Shown here piece after piece: positions 1 to 11,739 of a DNA stretch of 64,000 bases. Source of the DNA: Lama guanicoe. Taxonomy: Eukaryota. The position numbers and the translations under genes are program-made. The DNA lies in the NCBI GenBank assembly GCA_013239625.1, contig MU054212.1, positions 310,001 through 374,000 of the forward strand. The letters are read 5' to 3'. Position 1 is the first letter of the stretch, and every line of letters starts with the position of its first letter. The notes below the pieces were generated by a model. The model made no database searches. It was given only the letters and a program-made list of their open reading frames with translations, and was not told the origin of the DNA.

Positions 1-54
1 AAAAGTAAAATCCTGGATCCCAGCCCAGATTCAGTGAATTAGAAACTAGGTAAT

Positions 55-150
55 TTGTGTACGACTGAAGGATTATGCTGTACACAAAAAATTGGCACAA
101 CATTGTAAACTGACTATACTTCAGTTAAAAACATATATATACCAAAAAAA
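55..150 (+). mobile_element. Short 5'-truncated L1 3' end inserted in a MER5-like DNA transposon remnant
   Basis: tatgctgtacac...cattgtaaactgactatacttca plus A-rich tail; TSD AGAAACTA(G/A)GTAAT at 41-54 and 151-164; flanks contain MER5-like aatctgcattttaac and ctaaagtttgaga. Confidence 0.75.
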
Positions 151-252
151 AGAAACTAAGTAATCTGCATTTTAACACACACACAACAAACCCTCTCTTA
201 CACTGTAATTCTAAAGTTTGAGAGAGGTTTCTGGAAATAAGAAAAACTATAT

Positions 253-339
253 TTTTTTATTGAAGTACAGTCAATTACAATGTGTACAGCACAATGTCCT
301 AGTCATGCATATACATACATACATTCATCTTCATATTTT
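253..339 (-). mobile_element. Short 5'-truncated L1 3' end
   Basis: T-tract then attgaagtacagtcaattacaatgtg; TSD TAAGAAAAACT(A/G)TAT at 238-252 and 340-354. Confidence 0.75.
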
Positions 340-629
340 TAAGAAAAACTGTATCTTTAGAAAAACCTAGCTCAGAAGAAAATGCCTTCAGCCTTCTGAG
401 GTTTTTTTTTTGTTGCTAAACATAATAAACACTTCTAGTGAGTCCTGGCAATTCATCATGCTATAAACCGTTAACTAAAACTGCACTAAACGTATTTAAA
501 AAAAAAATCAGTTCCTAGAATTCCAGTGTTACTGTGAAGTAATACAAATGTTACATATCATATGCCTAATAATCTGCTGGGTTTTGTTTTTAATATTTGG
601 ATTATTCTTAATATCTGATTTTTTTTTAA

Positions 630-1256
630 ATGGAGCAAGACTGTAGTCAGAGCAAGAGCATGATGAACTGGGATCCCTCTTTCTTGGGGTTGGGGAGGGC
701 AGGCACTACACGACCGTAGGAACCAAGCATCTAGCAACTAGGCAGCCACTTGATTTGGTGACTGTCAAGAAGAGCAAAGGGGGTAAGATTTTACCCTGCT
801 TGTGTGCTAACCAGTTAGTCTGCCAGTTTCATGCGTGCTGCTGGAAGACACAAGATTCCGGGATCAGAGAAAAGGACTTAAGCACTCAAGCCATAGCATA
901 AGCACAAGCTTCATATCTGTATTGGTTTCCCCGTCCCCAGGACCCACAGTGGCACAGTTGGGGACCCCCAGGTGGATGCTGTGCTCACCATGGATCTGCA
1001 TCACAGCTGAGCAACCTCAGGCTTAGGAGACCCGAATCTCACAATGGCTGCAAGCAAACCTGCACAACCTTTGCTCCAGAAGGAGACATTATTATACTGG
1101 ATAAAAAGAAACCTCTGCTCTGAAGGGCGATGCTATCTCTGTTTTCTAAGACTGTGCACTATAAAACACTGTTGAAAACATAATCTGGAACATGAGGCTG
1201 TCAGTGCCTCTATTCACTAGATGTGCAAGAGCCCCACATAGAATTGTCTCCCAACA
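630..1256 (-). mobile_element. ERV LTR (probably ERVL class) with adjacent internal fragment
   Basis: Minus strand starts TGTTGGGAGACAATTCT...gaggcactgacagcc...tccttctggagcaaagg, an old eutherian LTR pattern, and ends near ...cttgaCA (~763). Subfamily not assigned. Confidence 0.65.
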
Positions 1257-1527
1257 GTGACTTAGCAGGTTCTGGAAAAGACCTAGAGTCACATAATAAC
1301 ATCAGCCCATTGTATCATTCATTTGCACCAAAGAATATTTAGTGAGAGAAAATCCCCAACTCCACTCCCTTCTTTAAGAAAACAGAAGCAGAGCACACAG
1401 AGCACACAGGTACATAGCAGGTATTCAACAAGTGCTAATTCCCTTCCCCAGGGCCCCTACACGTTTCCTTCCACATGATCTTGGTGCTCTTTTCTTTGAC
1501 ATAACCTCTTATGTTCCATGTCTTCAG

Positions 1528-1733
1528 CTTCATTAAAAAAAAAAACTATCAAAGCTGAAAGTATGAGTCACAAAGGAGTTTCTCCCAGATGGCTCTACTT
1601 ATAATTTTCCCAAAGATCTAAAGAACTTTTTTGGATGTTTTGTCTTCGAGTCTGACTTTGTGTTTCCACCCATGTGTGATACACTAGGTGGTGCTAATGG
1701 CCTGATCTGAGCTGGGACGCTTTTTCCAGTGAG
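1528..1733 (+). pseudogene. Putative relic exon
   Basis: Acceptor tatgttccatgtcttcAG, donor GAG|gtaaaa. One frame reads LSKLKV*VTKEFLPDGSTYNFPKDLKNFFGCFVFESDFVFPPMCDTLGGANGLI*AGTLFPV; both stops are TGA. Frame uncertain. Confidence 0.35.
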
Positions 1734-1875
1734 GTAAAAGGCTAACCTGTCACTTTGTAAAAAGAGTATGTCTCAATTATTAATAACTATACTTTTTGAA
1801 AATATAAGGGGGAAATAATGCTTTAAGTTAAGAATGATCAGGGGTCTTTTCCTTCCCGAAATTATTTATAACCAG

Positions 1876-2053
1876 CTACTTTGTAAAGGACAGATTTCAG
1901 CTATAATTCTGCAGAAATGTTGATCTTTAAGAAAAGCTGTAGCCTGAGTGAAATCTTCTAAACTAGAAAGTCACCAGTCCTGGAGGAGTGACAATACAGA
2001 GAAACGCTTTGTAGAGCAAGGCGGAATTTCATTCCAGATCTAGGCACGTTCAG
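1876..2053 (+). pseudogene. Putative relic exon with QxW-like motif
   Basis: Acceptor ttataaccAG, non-canonical or decayed donor CAG|gcaaga. Reads LLCKGQISAIILQKC*SLRKAVA*VKSSKLESHQSWRSDNTEKRFVEQGGISFQI*. Confidence 0.35.
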
Positions 2054-2419
2054 GCAAGAATTTAAGAACACAGCCAGCTGCAGGGGGATAAATTCCTCCG
2101 ATGGTCCAGATTAACAAACAACAAAATCACTAAACTAAAGGGCTCCTTTACTAATCTGACTAATATGGTCAGAAACTTTAAGAAAAAAGAAAGTCTGGTC
2201 TGAGTTAATTGTTCAAAGACTAGCAGCTTACCAACCAGCACACAATCCAGTGCCAATATGAAACATAAAGGAAGATTTATGTGAGTCATACTTCCTCTGA
2301 ATTGGATTAAAGGAGAGAACAGTTCTAATTTGTAAATGTTAAAAGCACCTCTCACCCTTAAATAATTCACTTATTTGTACAACTAAACACAAACACCAGC
2401 GTTTACTGTCTTTGTCCTC

Positions 2420-3293
2420 TATGGATGTTGGCACCATATCGGGCAGCATCCTTGCAATACCACACTGATGTGCCCTTACAAAGGACAGAGTAATAACCGA
2501 GCCCCACCTCTGCCTGGTGGAATTTCCACACCAGGTCTTTAGAGCTCCATTATATAACTCATGAAACTCTCTTCATGAATGGCTACACCAGGAACTTTGG
2601 CACCTAGAGGAATTTTTTTTTTTTTTGTAAACTAGATTATGTTTAAGTAAAGATATCCACTTCACCTCATAACTGGCAAAGGTCTCATTGTTATCAATAA
2701 AAGGAGAAGTTTAAAAATAAGTAAGGAGAAAAGAAATACAGAGGTAGATAATTGATTGGGAACATATTAGTTCTTGAATAGGTAGTAGACTCAGTGTCCA
2801 TTACATTATTAAAAGCATAAATAAATGATTAAAAATAAATTAAAGAACCATTTATGAAACAATGACAATAGCATTTTATAAACCAAGGATTATGATGAAT
2901 TCAATTCTACTGAAATAAATAAACAAACAAAGGAAGCATAACTTATTGCACATCAGTATGACTGTGCCTTGCCCTTTGCCCTGTCAGATCTTCTGCTCAG
3001 TCTTGGATGATAACCTGTGCAAAGATATTTCAGAATCAGGACATCTGGTTCTTCTACCTCGGTGGGAACTTGGTGAGGAAGAGTCATGCTGATGATCTTA
3101 CAAGGCTTCGGGTCAGAGCACGGGGGCAGGTGCCTTCTTTCTGAAGAATGAAGTGTATCTGGGTCAGAAAAAGTGGCAGGATTGTCCTGGGAGAACTCCA
3201 AGTTCAAAGTCAGGAGCTTCCACAGCAGCACATTAAGCAAGGGTGTTAAGGAAGATCAGGGATCCCAGTATGGGGTCAGGACAGAAAGGGACA
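2420..3293 (+). pseudogene. Putative relic exon with a DCX-like repeat split by an L1-like insertion
   Basis: Before the insertion: ...ITHETLFMNGYTRNFGT. After it, in one frame from 2932: GSITYCTSV*LCLALCPVRSSAQSWMITCAKIFQNQDIWFFYLGGNLV. Candidate donors TTG|gtgagg (3072) or CAG|gtacag (3293). Confidence 0.45.
2615..2930 (+). mobile_element. Old L1 (L1M-type) 3' fragment
   Basis: A-rich segment ending in an aaataaataaacaaacaa tail; resembles old L1M 3' UTR sequence. Confidence 0.45.
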
Positions 3294-3581
3294 GGTACAG
3301 GCACCCTCCCTGCCAGAGACCCCTGACAGCCAGACCCAAGAAGTGCAGTGGGAAAACTTGGGACAAAATCATAGGGAGATACAGCTCAGAAGATGGAAAA
3401 AACCTCTGGTTTTGCTCAAGGTTCACAAACATTTTCTGTAACAATCCTTGATGTTAAATATCTTCTTAAAACTAAAGATCATGTCTTAGTAATTTTTAGT
3501 AAATGCAGAATGCTAAATACGGCTTAAAGCCTTTGGTTCATTATTTGGAGAACCTGTTTATTTATTCTTGGGACTCTTTAG

Positions 3582-3674
3582 GCATCAGGATCACTGTAAA
3601 GAAAAGGGGATGGAAACAGAGAAGTTAAACAACAACGGACAGACTGGGTCCTGAATGTGACTTTCACATCCCTG
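3582..3674 (+). pseudogene. Putative relic exon
   Basis: Acceptor ttcttgggactctttAG and strong donor CTG|gtaaga; 93 nt. Phase-1 reading IRITVKKRGWKQRS*TTTDRLGPECDFHIP joins the next exon in frame. Confidence 0.4.
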
Positions 3675-3868
3675 GTAAGAGACTTGCCTATGGGCAATTT
3701 CCTTGCTCTGCTTAACTCTGTGTTTAAGATAATGTGTATCAAAAAATTTACTGAATTGGATGTCCTCATTAATGTAGGATCTAGTTCATTCACATTTCCT
3801 CTACTGTACTGGCCCCAAATGTGAAAGCCTAAAAACTCCTATCTTCATTACACTGTCTCCTGTGCCAG

Positions 3869-4043
3869 CAGGGCACCTGATCCCCTTCCCAAGACACCAG
3901 AATGCTACAGAAGCTGCTGATGCCTTGGAGTCCAAAACAAATGCATTAGCAAGTCCCTGGAAGTGCACAACAAACACTGGTAGGGACTTTCCATCCTGTC
4001 AAGCAAATTCATCGGAGACCTTCTTAGCCCAGTCAGTCATCAG
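3869..4043 (+). pseudogene. Putative relic exon
   Basis: Acceptor ctgtctcctgtgccAG, donor CAG|gttaag; 175 nt with no stop (GHLIPFPRHQNATEAADALESKTNALASPWKC...FLAQSVIR); same frame as ORF 3862..4062. Confidence 0.4.
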
Positions 4044-4771
4044 GTTAAGCATAATTCTTTGATGACTTGTTAAAGGAAAACAAATAAATTGGAGGCAGTT
4101 CAAAGGCAGAGACTATATTCTCAACTTCTTTGTAACGCCCCACAGTAACATGGCACCATGCTTGGTTGATAGCTGTTCCTTGATTAACAATTAGCTTTTC
4201 TTGATTTAGCCCTTTTATGTGCTTTTCAAACAAAGAATAGGACGGTGTAATGAGGACTACATGTGCAACCGGATATTCTTAACACACTTTCCTTGACCAT
4301 CAAATTTACTCAAAGACCTAGAGGCACAGACATTACATTTATATATATTTTTTAAAAGTGTGAAAAGCAGCATGAATTTTTAAGATAAAATATAAAGATC
4401 AAAGACAACTCATACTTGCAGCTGGACATTTGAAGATACAGTCTCAGACCTCAAGAGGCCTTTGAATACATTGTGGCCTTGAATACACTGAATATGTTAT
4501 GTTCTTATTAAATCCTTCTATATATAAAACACTCATGGAGAATTTTTTTCTGTTCCCTCTAATTGTATGTTTTCTGGACTGGGTTCTTTCTCAGTCTTGT
4601 TATCCTGTCTCTTACTTGTTACAATTTATTGATTTATTTGCTATATTATGCTTACGTGGCTGCCACTTTGTCTCTTTTCATGTTAATTAACATCAGAACT
4701 TCTGTGTACATCTTCTGTTTGTGTTGCTGTGGGTGATTTCTCTTTACTCTCTTTGCATCTTATCAAAAGAT

Positions 4772-4870
4772 TGTTTCATTGGTTTTGAAGATGCCCATTT
4801 TATGTATTTTAGCGTTTCTAAAACTTGGGGGCATCTTATAATTTAATTGGCAGCATTTTTTTTCTTTATT
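4772..4870 (+). mobile_element. TcMar-Tc2 (MER104/Kanga-like) DNA transposon fragment
   Basis: tttcattggttttgaagatgccc...tttctaaaacttgggggcatcttataat resembles the MER104-type terminus. Confidence 0.45.
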
Positions 4871-4929
4871 TTCCTTTTCCCTTGTAGGCCACAGTGTAAG
4901 AATATCTATTACAAACCTCTACCTTTTTC

Positions 4930-6545
4930 AAACTTCCAATGTCAGAATCACTTTGCATACTCAGTAGATGACCATTTATCCTACCTCATAAAGAAAATAA
5001 AACCCATCAAATGGGAAATCCCTCAACTTTGCATCACAAAATTCAAAACTCCAGAAGTCTTCCTTCCAGTTCCTCCTGTCTAAGGCTAACTCTTCCTCTA
5101 AGTTTTGAATCACACTTCCTCCAGCCTTCTTTGGAAACTCAACCTTTCACCTGTCTCCTGTCACTTAAGATTCTTCAAACACTTCTGCTAATTCCTTCCC
5201 ATCAACACTAGGTCATCTTTTAAAAATAAATAATAGCCTCCTTCGGTGTCACATTCCTTTTTCTCCTTCAAAGCCAATTTACTTAAAGATCTGTCTAGAT
5301 TCACAATCTCCATTTGCCCAACTCTGACTCACTCCTTAACCACTTCAATTTGTGACTCCTCTGTTTCAGCAAAAACAGCTCTCAGCAGGTCACCAGTGAC
5401 CTCCTTGTCGCTAAATACAACAAACTTCAGTCTGACTTGCACTCTCAGCAGCATTGATGGTAGCTGCTCACTCCTTCCACTCAACACTCTTCCCTTAGCT
5501 TCTATTATGACACATGCTTCCAGGTTTCCTTCTACCTCTAATTATTTTTTTCAATACCTTTCATAGTATTCTCTTCCTCTGCCTGTCCCTAAAGGTTTTT
5601 GTTCTACAAGGATCATGCTCAGAACTTTTTTCCACTCTACACACTTCCGAGTATATGAATCTATGCACTTCGGCAGATCCTATTACATCCATAAGCTTCT
5701 AAATTCATAGCCCTATTACCAGATGTCTTGCCTGTATATCTAATTATTTGTTGACTATCTTAGTTTGTAATTTCCACAACCAACTCAAACTTGTCAGGTT
5801 TAAAAATGAACTCAATCTTCCATTCCAAACTTGCTTCTCCTCTTTCTTGGCTTCTGTAAATGTCACCAACCAGTTGTTCAAGTCAGAGTCTTGGGAATTA
5901 TCTTTAACTCTGTGATTTCCTTCTCTCACAGCTAATCACTGGGTTGGCTGGTTTTACCTCTTAATAAATTTCTCTAAGCTACTCTCTATCACCACTGCCA
6001 TTGCCTATTTCAACTTACTATTCTCTATTTCCACTGTTTCTACAACAGTCTCCAACTTTCTTTCCAAAGTGGTTTTACTAAAATTCAAATCTGATCACAC
6101 TACATCCTGTTCCCCATAAAATCAATAACTGGCCGCCACCTATGGGGTAACCTCCAAGCACTGAAACCTAGCATAAATGATCCTTCATAATGATGGTCTC
6201 TCCATGCTTCCCCAAATTCATATTGTGTTCCTCACATTATACACTGTAGACACACTGAACTATTTACAGTTTACTAAAAACAGCCAGGTTCCCTTTCTGC
6301 TTTGCATATGTTTTTCCACCTACCTCCATCACTCCTGCTCCTCCCCTTGGCCTCACTAAATCTTAATCATCTTTCCATTCTCAAGTCCCTTATTTCAGGA
6401 AACCTTCCTGAATTCCCAGTTTAAAGTTAGATATCCCCTTCCTAAATTCCTGCACAGCATTCTGAATTTCCCTTAACACATTTTACTATAAGAGAATCGC
6501 CTGTTTGCTTCTCTAAAGCTGGTCTGTAAGCACCATGAGAGCAAG
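4930..6545 (+). mobile_element. L2 LINE (RT region to 3' end)
   Basis: ctctcagcagcattgatgg...cactccttccactcaacactcttcccttagcttc (degenerate LSAAFD RT motif), pyrimidine-rich body, ctgtaagcaccatgagagca 3' end. Confidence 0.8.
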
Positions 6546-7640
6546 TATTAAACTGGTGTTAAAAGTTACTTTTAAAGATATTCATAGTGACAGAAATGTA
6601 AATATTTAGTTCCTTTATGTGAATAAACAAGTTCAGATTCTGTGTCTCCTTTACTAAAAGTTGCTATTCCCCTACCATATATATTAGAAAATTCAAGAAA
6701 TGTGGAGAGAATTACAATATGCTTTACTTCATATTTTGCTTGTAACAAAAACGCTAAATTGGAGGAAAACTGGAATTGTCATTTATTTCTTAGCAACCAG
6801 GTAAATTTTATATAGTTAGGTATGGGTCCCAAATTTTTCTTAAGTCATTTCTTATTGTTAACATGGATGATCTCTTTTCAAACAGGTAGGCTGTGTATAT
6901 TGTAAAATAAACTGGAACACTGAGAAGAAAAAAAAAAAAACAGGAAAATCAGGTAATAACCAGGCAGGATCATTTATGTTCCAAATGCTGGTTTTCACTC
7001 ACCAGTGTTTTTTCCACTGAAATCTTCAGACATAATCCTCCACATAATCATGCTAAATTGACATAATTCTAACACCAGTAGGTGGTTTGGACAATTCAGT
7101 GTTATAAAACTCAGGCATTTGGAGTTGTTTACTGAAACAACTGATTGAATTGTTCACTTTTCAAGGGGCTGTATTCATTTAACATGAATGCAACACTGTT
7201 ATTACATCAGATCAAGTGCAGAAAGCATTCAAATTTTCCCTCTAAAGAGAAAAAGCAGTTTTCACCCACCAGGACAGATGATTATTATAAAAACTTTTCC
7301 CCTTACAGACTATCACCATGCAATTTGAGCCATGAGGTTAAATTAACGTCTATATTAACATAATATTCAGTTCAGAATGGTATCTTGTGAAGCAGGGCTC
7401 TTTTCTATCTTATTCACTGTTGTTTATCTAGTGCCTACGTTGTTAAGCATTCAGAAAAATATTTGTTGAATGAGTTCATGAAGAAAAAAATCACTGGTCT
7501 CCTATCCAGATAAAACATTTTGCCTATAAAAAGTCTGACCAGTCACATCTGATGCCTCAACATCTCCCAACATAAGGACTCCTAGGTAATTATAGAACTG
7601 AAAAAGCACTGTTGGCCGTACTGATTTGGGTTCAAGACAT

Positions 7641-7822
7641 CAGTTTCCAAACTTTAGCATGCATCAGAATCACCTGGAGGACTGGTTAAAATACAGATTG
7701 CTGGGCCTCAGCTATATAGTTTTTGTCTAGTAGGTCTGGGTGGGGCCTGAGAATATGCATTTCTAACAAGTTTCTAGGGGAAACTGATGCTGCTGTACAG
7801 AGACCACATTTTGGGAATCATG
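7641..7822 (+). mobile_element. MER5A (hAT-Charlie)
   Basis: aaactttagcatgcatcagaatcacctggagg...gtaggtctgggtggggcctgagaatatgcatttctaacaag. Confidence 0.85.
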
Positions 7823-9474
7823 AATTAAGAGAATCAGACTATTCGGTAAGAATAGCCTCATATTTTGTTGACTGATATATTTTCTGTAAAAAGCATGTTT
7901 ACAAGCAGTACGGTATCCAACAGTAAATCTTTCAAGCTCAATTAGTACCTGTCAATTCGGTGGCAAGAAGAAATTCTGCAAGCATGTCGTTCTTCCTGAT
8001 ACTACAAGACTGTCCAAAAATTCTCACTTTTAATTTGCTTTGCTAGCCATTATTTCTTAGACTGTGTTTCATTGCTCTCCACATTGTAAGATACTATCTA
8101 AATAACTTTTGTCAGTAAAAGCATTAACAAACTATAGTTGCTCTTCATCAAACTGAAGTATGGTAGGTACATTAATAGTAAATACCTCCAAACGGAAACA
8201 AGCCATATGGACAAAATTTTGGCACATTGGTAAAAACTACATTTACAGTAATATTGTTAAAGTTTCTAGCTTCATCTTTGAAGCCTTGCCAGTGGGACAT
8301 ACCTCTTTGTTAAGGATTTTGCAGGTGCCTCAGAAAGGCTAAATAATACTCATCTTTTAGTAAAAGCATAACCTCTTGCAGGTTTTAGAAGTGTGAATCC
8401 ATTAATGCTTTTTTAACAAAAGAAGTGTTAAATAGAGGGTACAATCCTTAGCTGCTCTAGTTGAAAGTTTAACAAGTAATTAAAGAACAAAAGCATAGTG
8501 GATTTGCTAACCCACCCCTTGCTCTGAAAGGTATCACTTTCTTTAGAAGCTTTATATATCTCAGCAGATAAGTAAAATAGAGAACTGAACATTTAATCTA
8601 GTTATTCAGCAGAACCTCAAAACTGTTCATGCTGGAGGTAGGGAGAGAGATGGGGAGAATGCCTGAAGGAAGGAAATCACTCTGCATTTCTCCTCAAAAT
8701 ATTACCTGGAAGGGCCACAGGTCTGTGTTAGCCATGCCAGCACCTGCTGGAGAGAGTCTTCCCCTCCCACCTGGGGCAAGTGCTAAACAAGAAATGATTT
8801 ACTTCAAATGCTGCCAAGGCTGAGTATCTAAAGGTTCAAGTTGCACATCCAGCAAGGAAGCAGGTTTGGGGCAAGGGCAAGCATCTGAGGACAGCACAGG
8901 AAGGCTTTTTGACAGCCTCTGGTTGGGGATTTTGTCAAAAAGATCTGCAAGATGCCAAGTTAATCTTAAGGCTTCTTGCCTCACCTCCTTTTATGTCCCT
9001 CCCTGAGCATTCTTGTGTAAACTTGTCCTCAGGATGTCTTTCCGCCTGCTATAAACTCCTACCTCTGGGCAGCCTTGGCACATCTGCCTTACCCTGAGGC
9101 CCTTGAATTACTTGCTCATTTCCACATTTCTATGCTTTAAAACCTTTCTTCGAGGCAGGAATGCAAGATACACCACATTCTCCTTTCTGAGTCAGGCAGA
9201 AAAAGCAGTCATTTTGAGACCAAGTAGCCTTTTACTCGAGCTATATCCTCTTTGTCCCAGAAGAACTTCCTCCTCTCAGGAAATGAGAAAATGAGCTACC
9301 TTGACAATTAATTACCTAGGAAGGACTAAGCGAGGAGCTTAGTCTTTTGAAGAACCAGTTCCCAGACCATTCTGATTCAGAGCAAACCCTGAGCTGAGCT
9401 GAATCCAGAGGGAAAAGTGGCCAGCACACCACGCTGCGTGTTGCACCCCTCCCAGTGCTGCTGGCTACCAAAAT

Positions 9475-10095
9475 CTCTCAGTCTGCTCGGAATGCTGTGA
9501 CAACATGCCACAGGTTGGCTGGCTTAAACAACATAGATTTATTTCTCATTTTTTGCAAAATGGATAGGCTGAGAATTTTCCAAATGTTCAAGTTCTGGTT
9601 CTGTAACTGGTTTAACAATTTCTTCTTCAGTTCATCTCTCTCTTCTCATATTTTGCTCTAAGCAGGTAGGAGGAACCAAGCCACTCTTTCAACACTTTGC
9701 TTAGAAATGTCTTCAGTTCAGGCAATTTAATTGCCTGCAAGTTCTACCTTCCACAAAATGCTAGAAAATGAACACAATTCAGCTAAGTTATTTGCCACTT
9801 TATGCCAAGGGCTGACTTCGCCAGTTTCCAATAACATGTTACTCATTTCCATCTGACACCTCACCAGAATGGCCTTCAATGTCCTTATTTCTACCAACAT
9901 TACATTATGTTCACGATTATTCATGTATTCTCTAAGAAGATGGAAGCGTTCTCTCCAGCTCTCCTTTCTTTCTGAGCTCTCACCAGAATTTCCTTTACCG
10001 CTCATATTCCTCGATGCTCTTCAAAACTTTTCCAGTTTCTAACCGTTTCCAAGGCCACTTGTTTAGGTATTTGTTACAGCAGCACCCACTCCTTC
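9475..10095 (-). mobile_element. MaLR MLT1 LTR end plus internal fragment
   Basis: gctgtgacaacatgccacaggttggctggcttaaacaacatagatttatttctc, followed by MLT1-internal-type sequence ending ttaggtatttgttacagcagcacccca. Confidence 0.75.
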
Positions 10096-10504
10096 CTCTG
10101 AGCACCACCTTTTACCTCCAGCACCATCTCTCCCTCCAAGCAAAGTCCCATCAACCAGATTGGGATTTCACATTTTTTTTGTTGTTGTTCCTCTTTCCAC
10201 AGATCCAAAATAATAAAAGTTTCTTATTTACCACATGAAATCACACTTGTCCTTCCCTTATCCAACCTAAATACTATTCAGCCTTTATCTTAACTATTTA
10301 GCTTGGGGGGCTTACGTTGGGCTCCCCCTTTTTTCTATTAATTCTTCATCTCTTTTTCAGGATCCCTTCTCTTGCTTGCCTCTTAAACATCTATACTCCT
10401 TAGGTGTCTTTCCTTGGCTCTTATATCTTTTCACTTTAGAGATTAATAATCCTTCTCTTTGGGGAGTTAAGAATAAGAAAAAAGCTGTGGGAGCCTCTTC
10501 AGAA

Positions 10505-11700
10505 CATACGTTTATTAAATATTTTAAGAGCTTATTATGTGCCAGGCACTGCCCTAGTCGCTGAGGATATAGCAGAGAACAAAACAGACAAGATCTCCGT
10601 TCTCATGGGGAAGACACACATTAAGAAATAAGTTTAAATACATACATGATTTCAAATAGTGGTAAGTGCCATGAAGAAAAACAAAACAAGGTATGGAGAG
10701 TCATGGAGAGGAAATATTGCATCAAATGTTATTTAAAACCATGACTCTGGATGAGATCACCTAGGAAGGACAGCAAATAGAGAAGAGAAAGCTGAGGACT
10801 CAGCTCTGGGGTATTTCACTCTTTTAATCTCAGTAAGAATAGAAAGACCCAGTGAATCAGACTGAGAAGGAAGCAGCTGGTAAGAAAAGAAAAGAAAAGA
10901 AAAGAAAAGAAAAGAAAAGAAAAGAAAAGAAAAGAAAAGAAAAGAGAAAATACAAGCTCTGGAAGCCAACAACAAAAAAGTGTTTCAAGAAAGGAGGAGT
11001 AATCAAGTGTGTCACATACTGCTGAGGATGAGTAAGACGAAGATTAAAAATTGTTTATTGAATTTGGCAAGAAAGAAATCTTTGCCAATCACAAGATCAG
11101 TTTAAGTGGAATCAGAGGACAAGAGGCTGACTGGAGTGTGTTCCAAAAATAATGGGAGGTGACGGAGTGATAACAGACAACTCTTTCCAAGAGAATTCCT
11201 ATTAAAAAAGGGCAGAGAAATAGGAGGGGAGGAGTGAGGTGGGAATGTGGAGTCACAAGAGACCTTTTTCCAACGGGACATATTACAGCATGGGGATAGG
11301 TATGATGAGTAAAGGAGAAACTGATGATGCAAAAGAGAAAGGGGATGATGATTGCAGAAGCAGAGTCCTTGAATACAAGAGAGGAGACAAGATCCAGTGC
11401 ACAGCTCTAGGGAGGAGTTTGAGCAGCACACCTGTTGCAACAGGAATAAAAGCAGAGCGTGTGTACAGATGCAGAGTAACTGGTAGACTGGATGGTGAGA
11501 AAGTAAGGTAGTTCTCTTATGATTGTTCTTATTTTCCCAGTTAATCAGATGTCAAGTTATCAGCTGAGAGTGAGGAAAGACGAAGGGTTGTTAGAGGCTT
11601 GAAAAATAAGATTGCTGTGCTGCCATGGGAGGATTGATTAAAATAGGGGGTCATGGATTTAGAGTGGGACCAGTCCGCACAGTTGGACATTTTCCTCCAG
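10505..11700 (-). mobile_element. L2 LINE
   Basis: tttattaaata...tatgtgccaggcactg...aacaaaacagacaag (L2 3' end, antisense) followed by a purine-rich L2 body. Confidence 0.8.
10882..10945. repeat. (AAAAG)n microsatellite, ~12-13 units
   Basis: Perfect pentamer array read directly. Confidence 0.95.
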
Positions 11701-11739
11701 CTACATTTAGCTAAATTTCAGATTAAAAACTTCTGTTCT

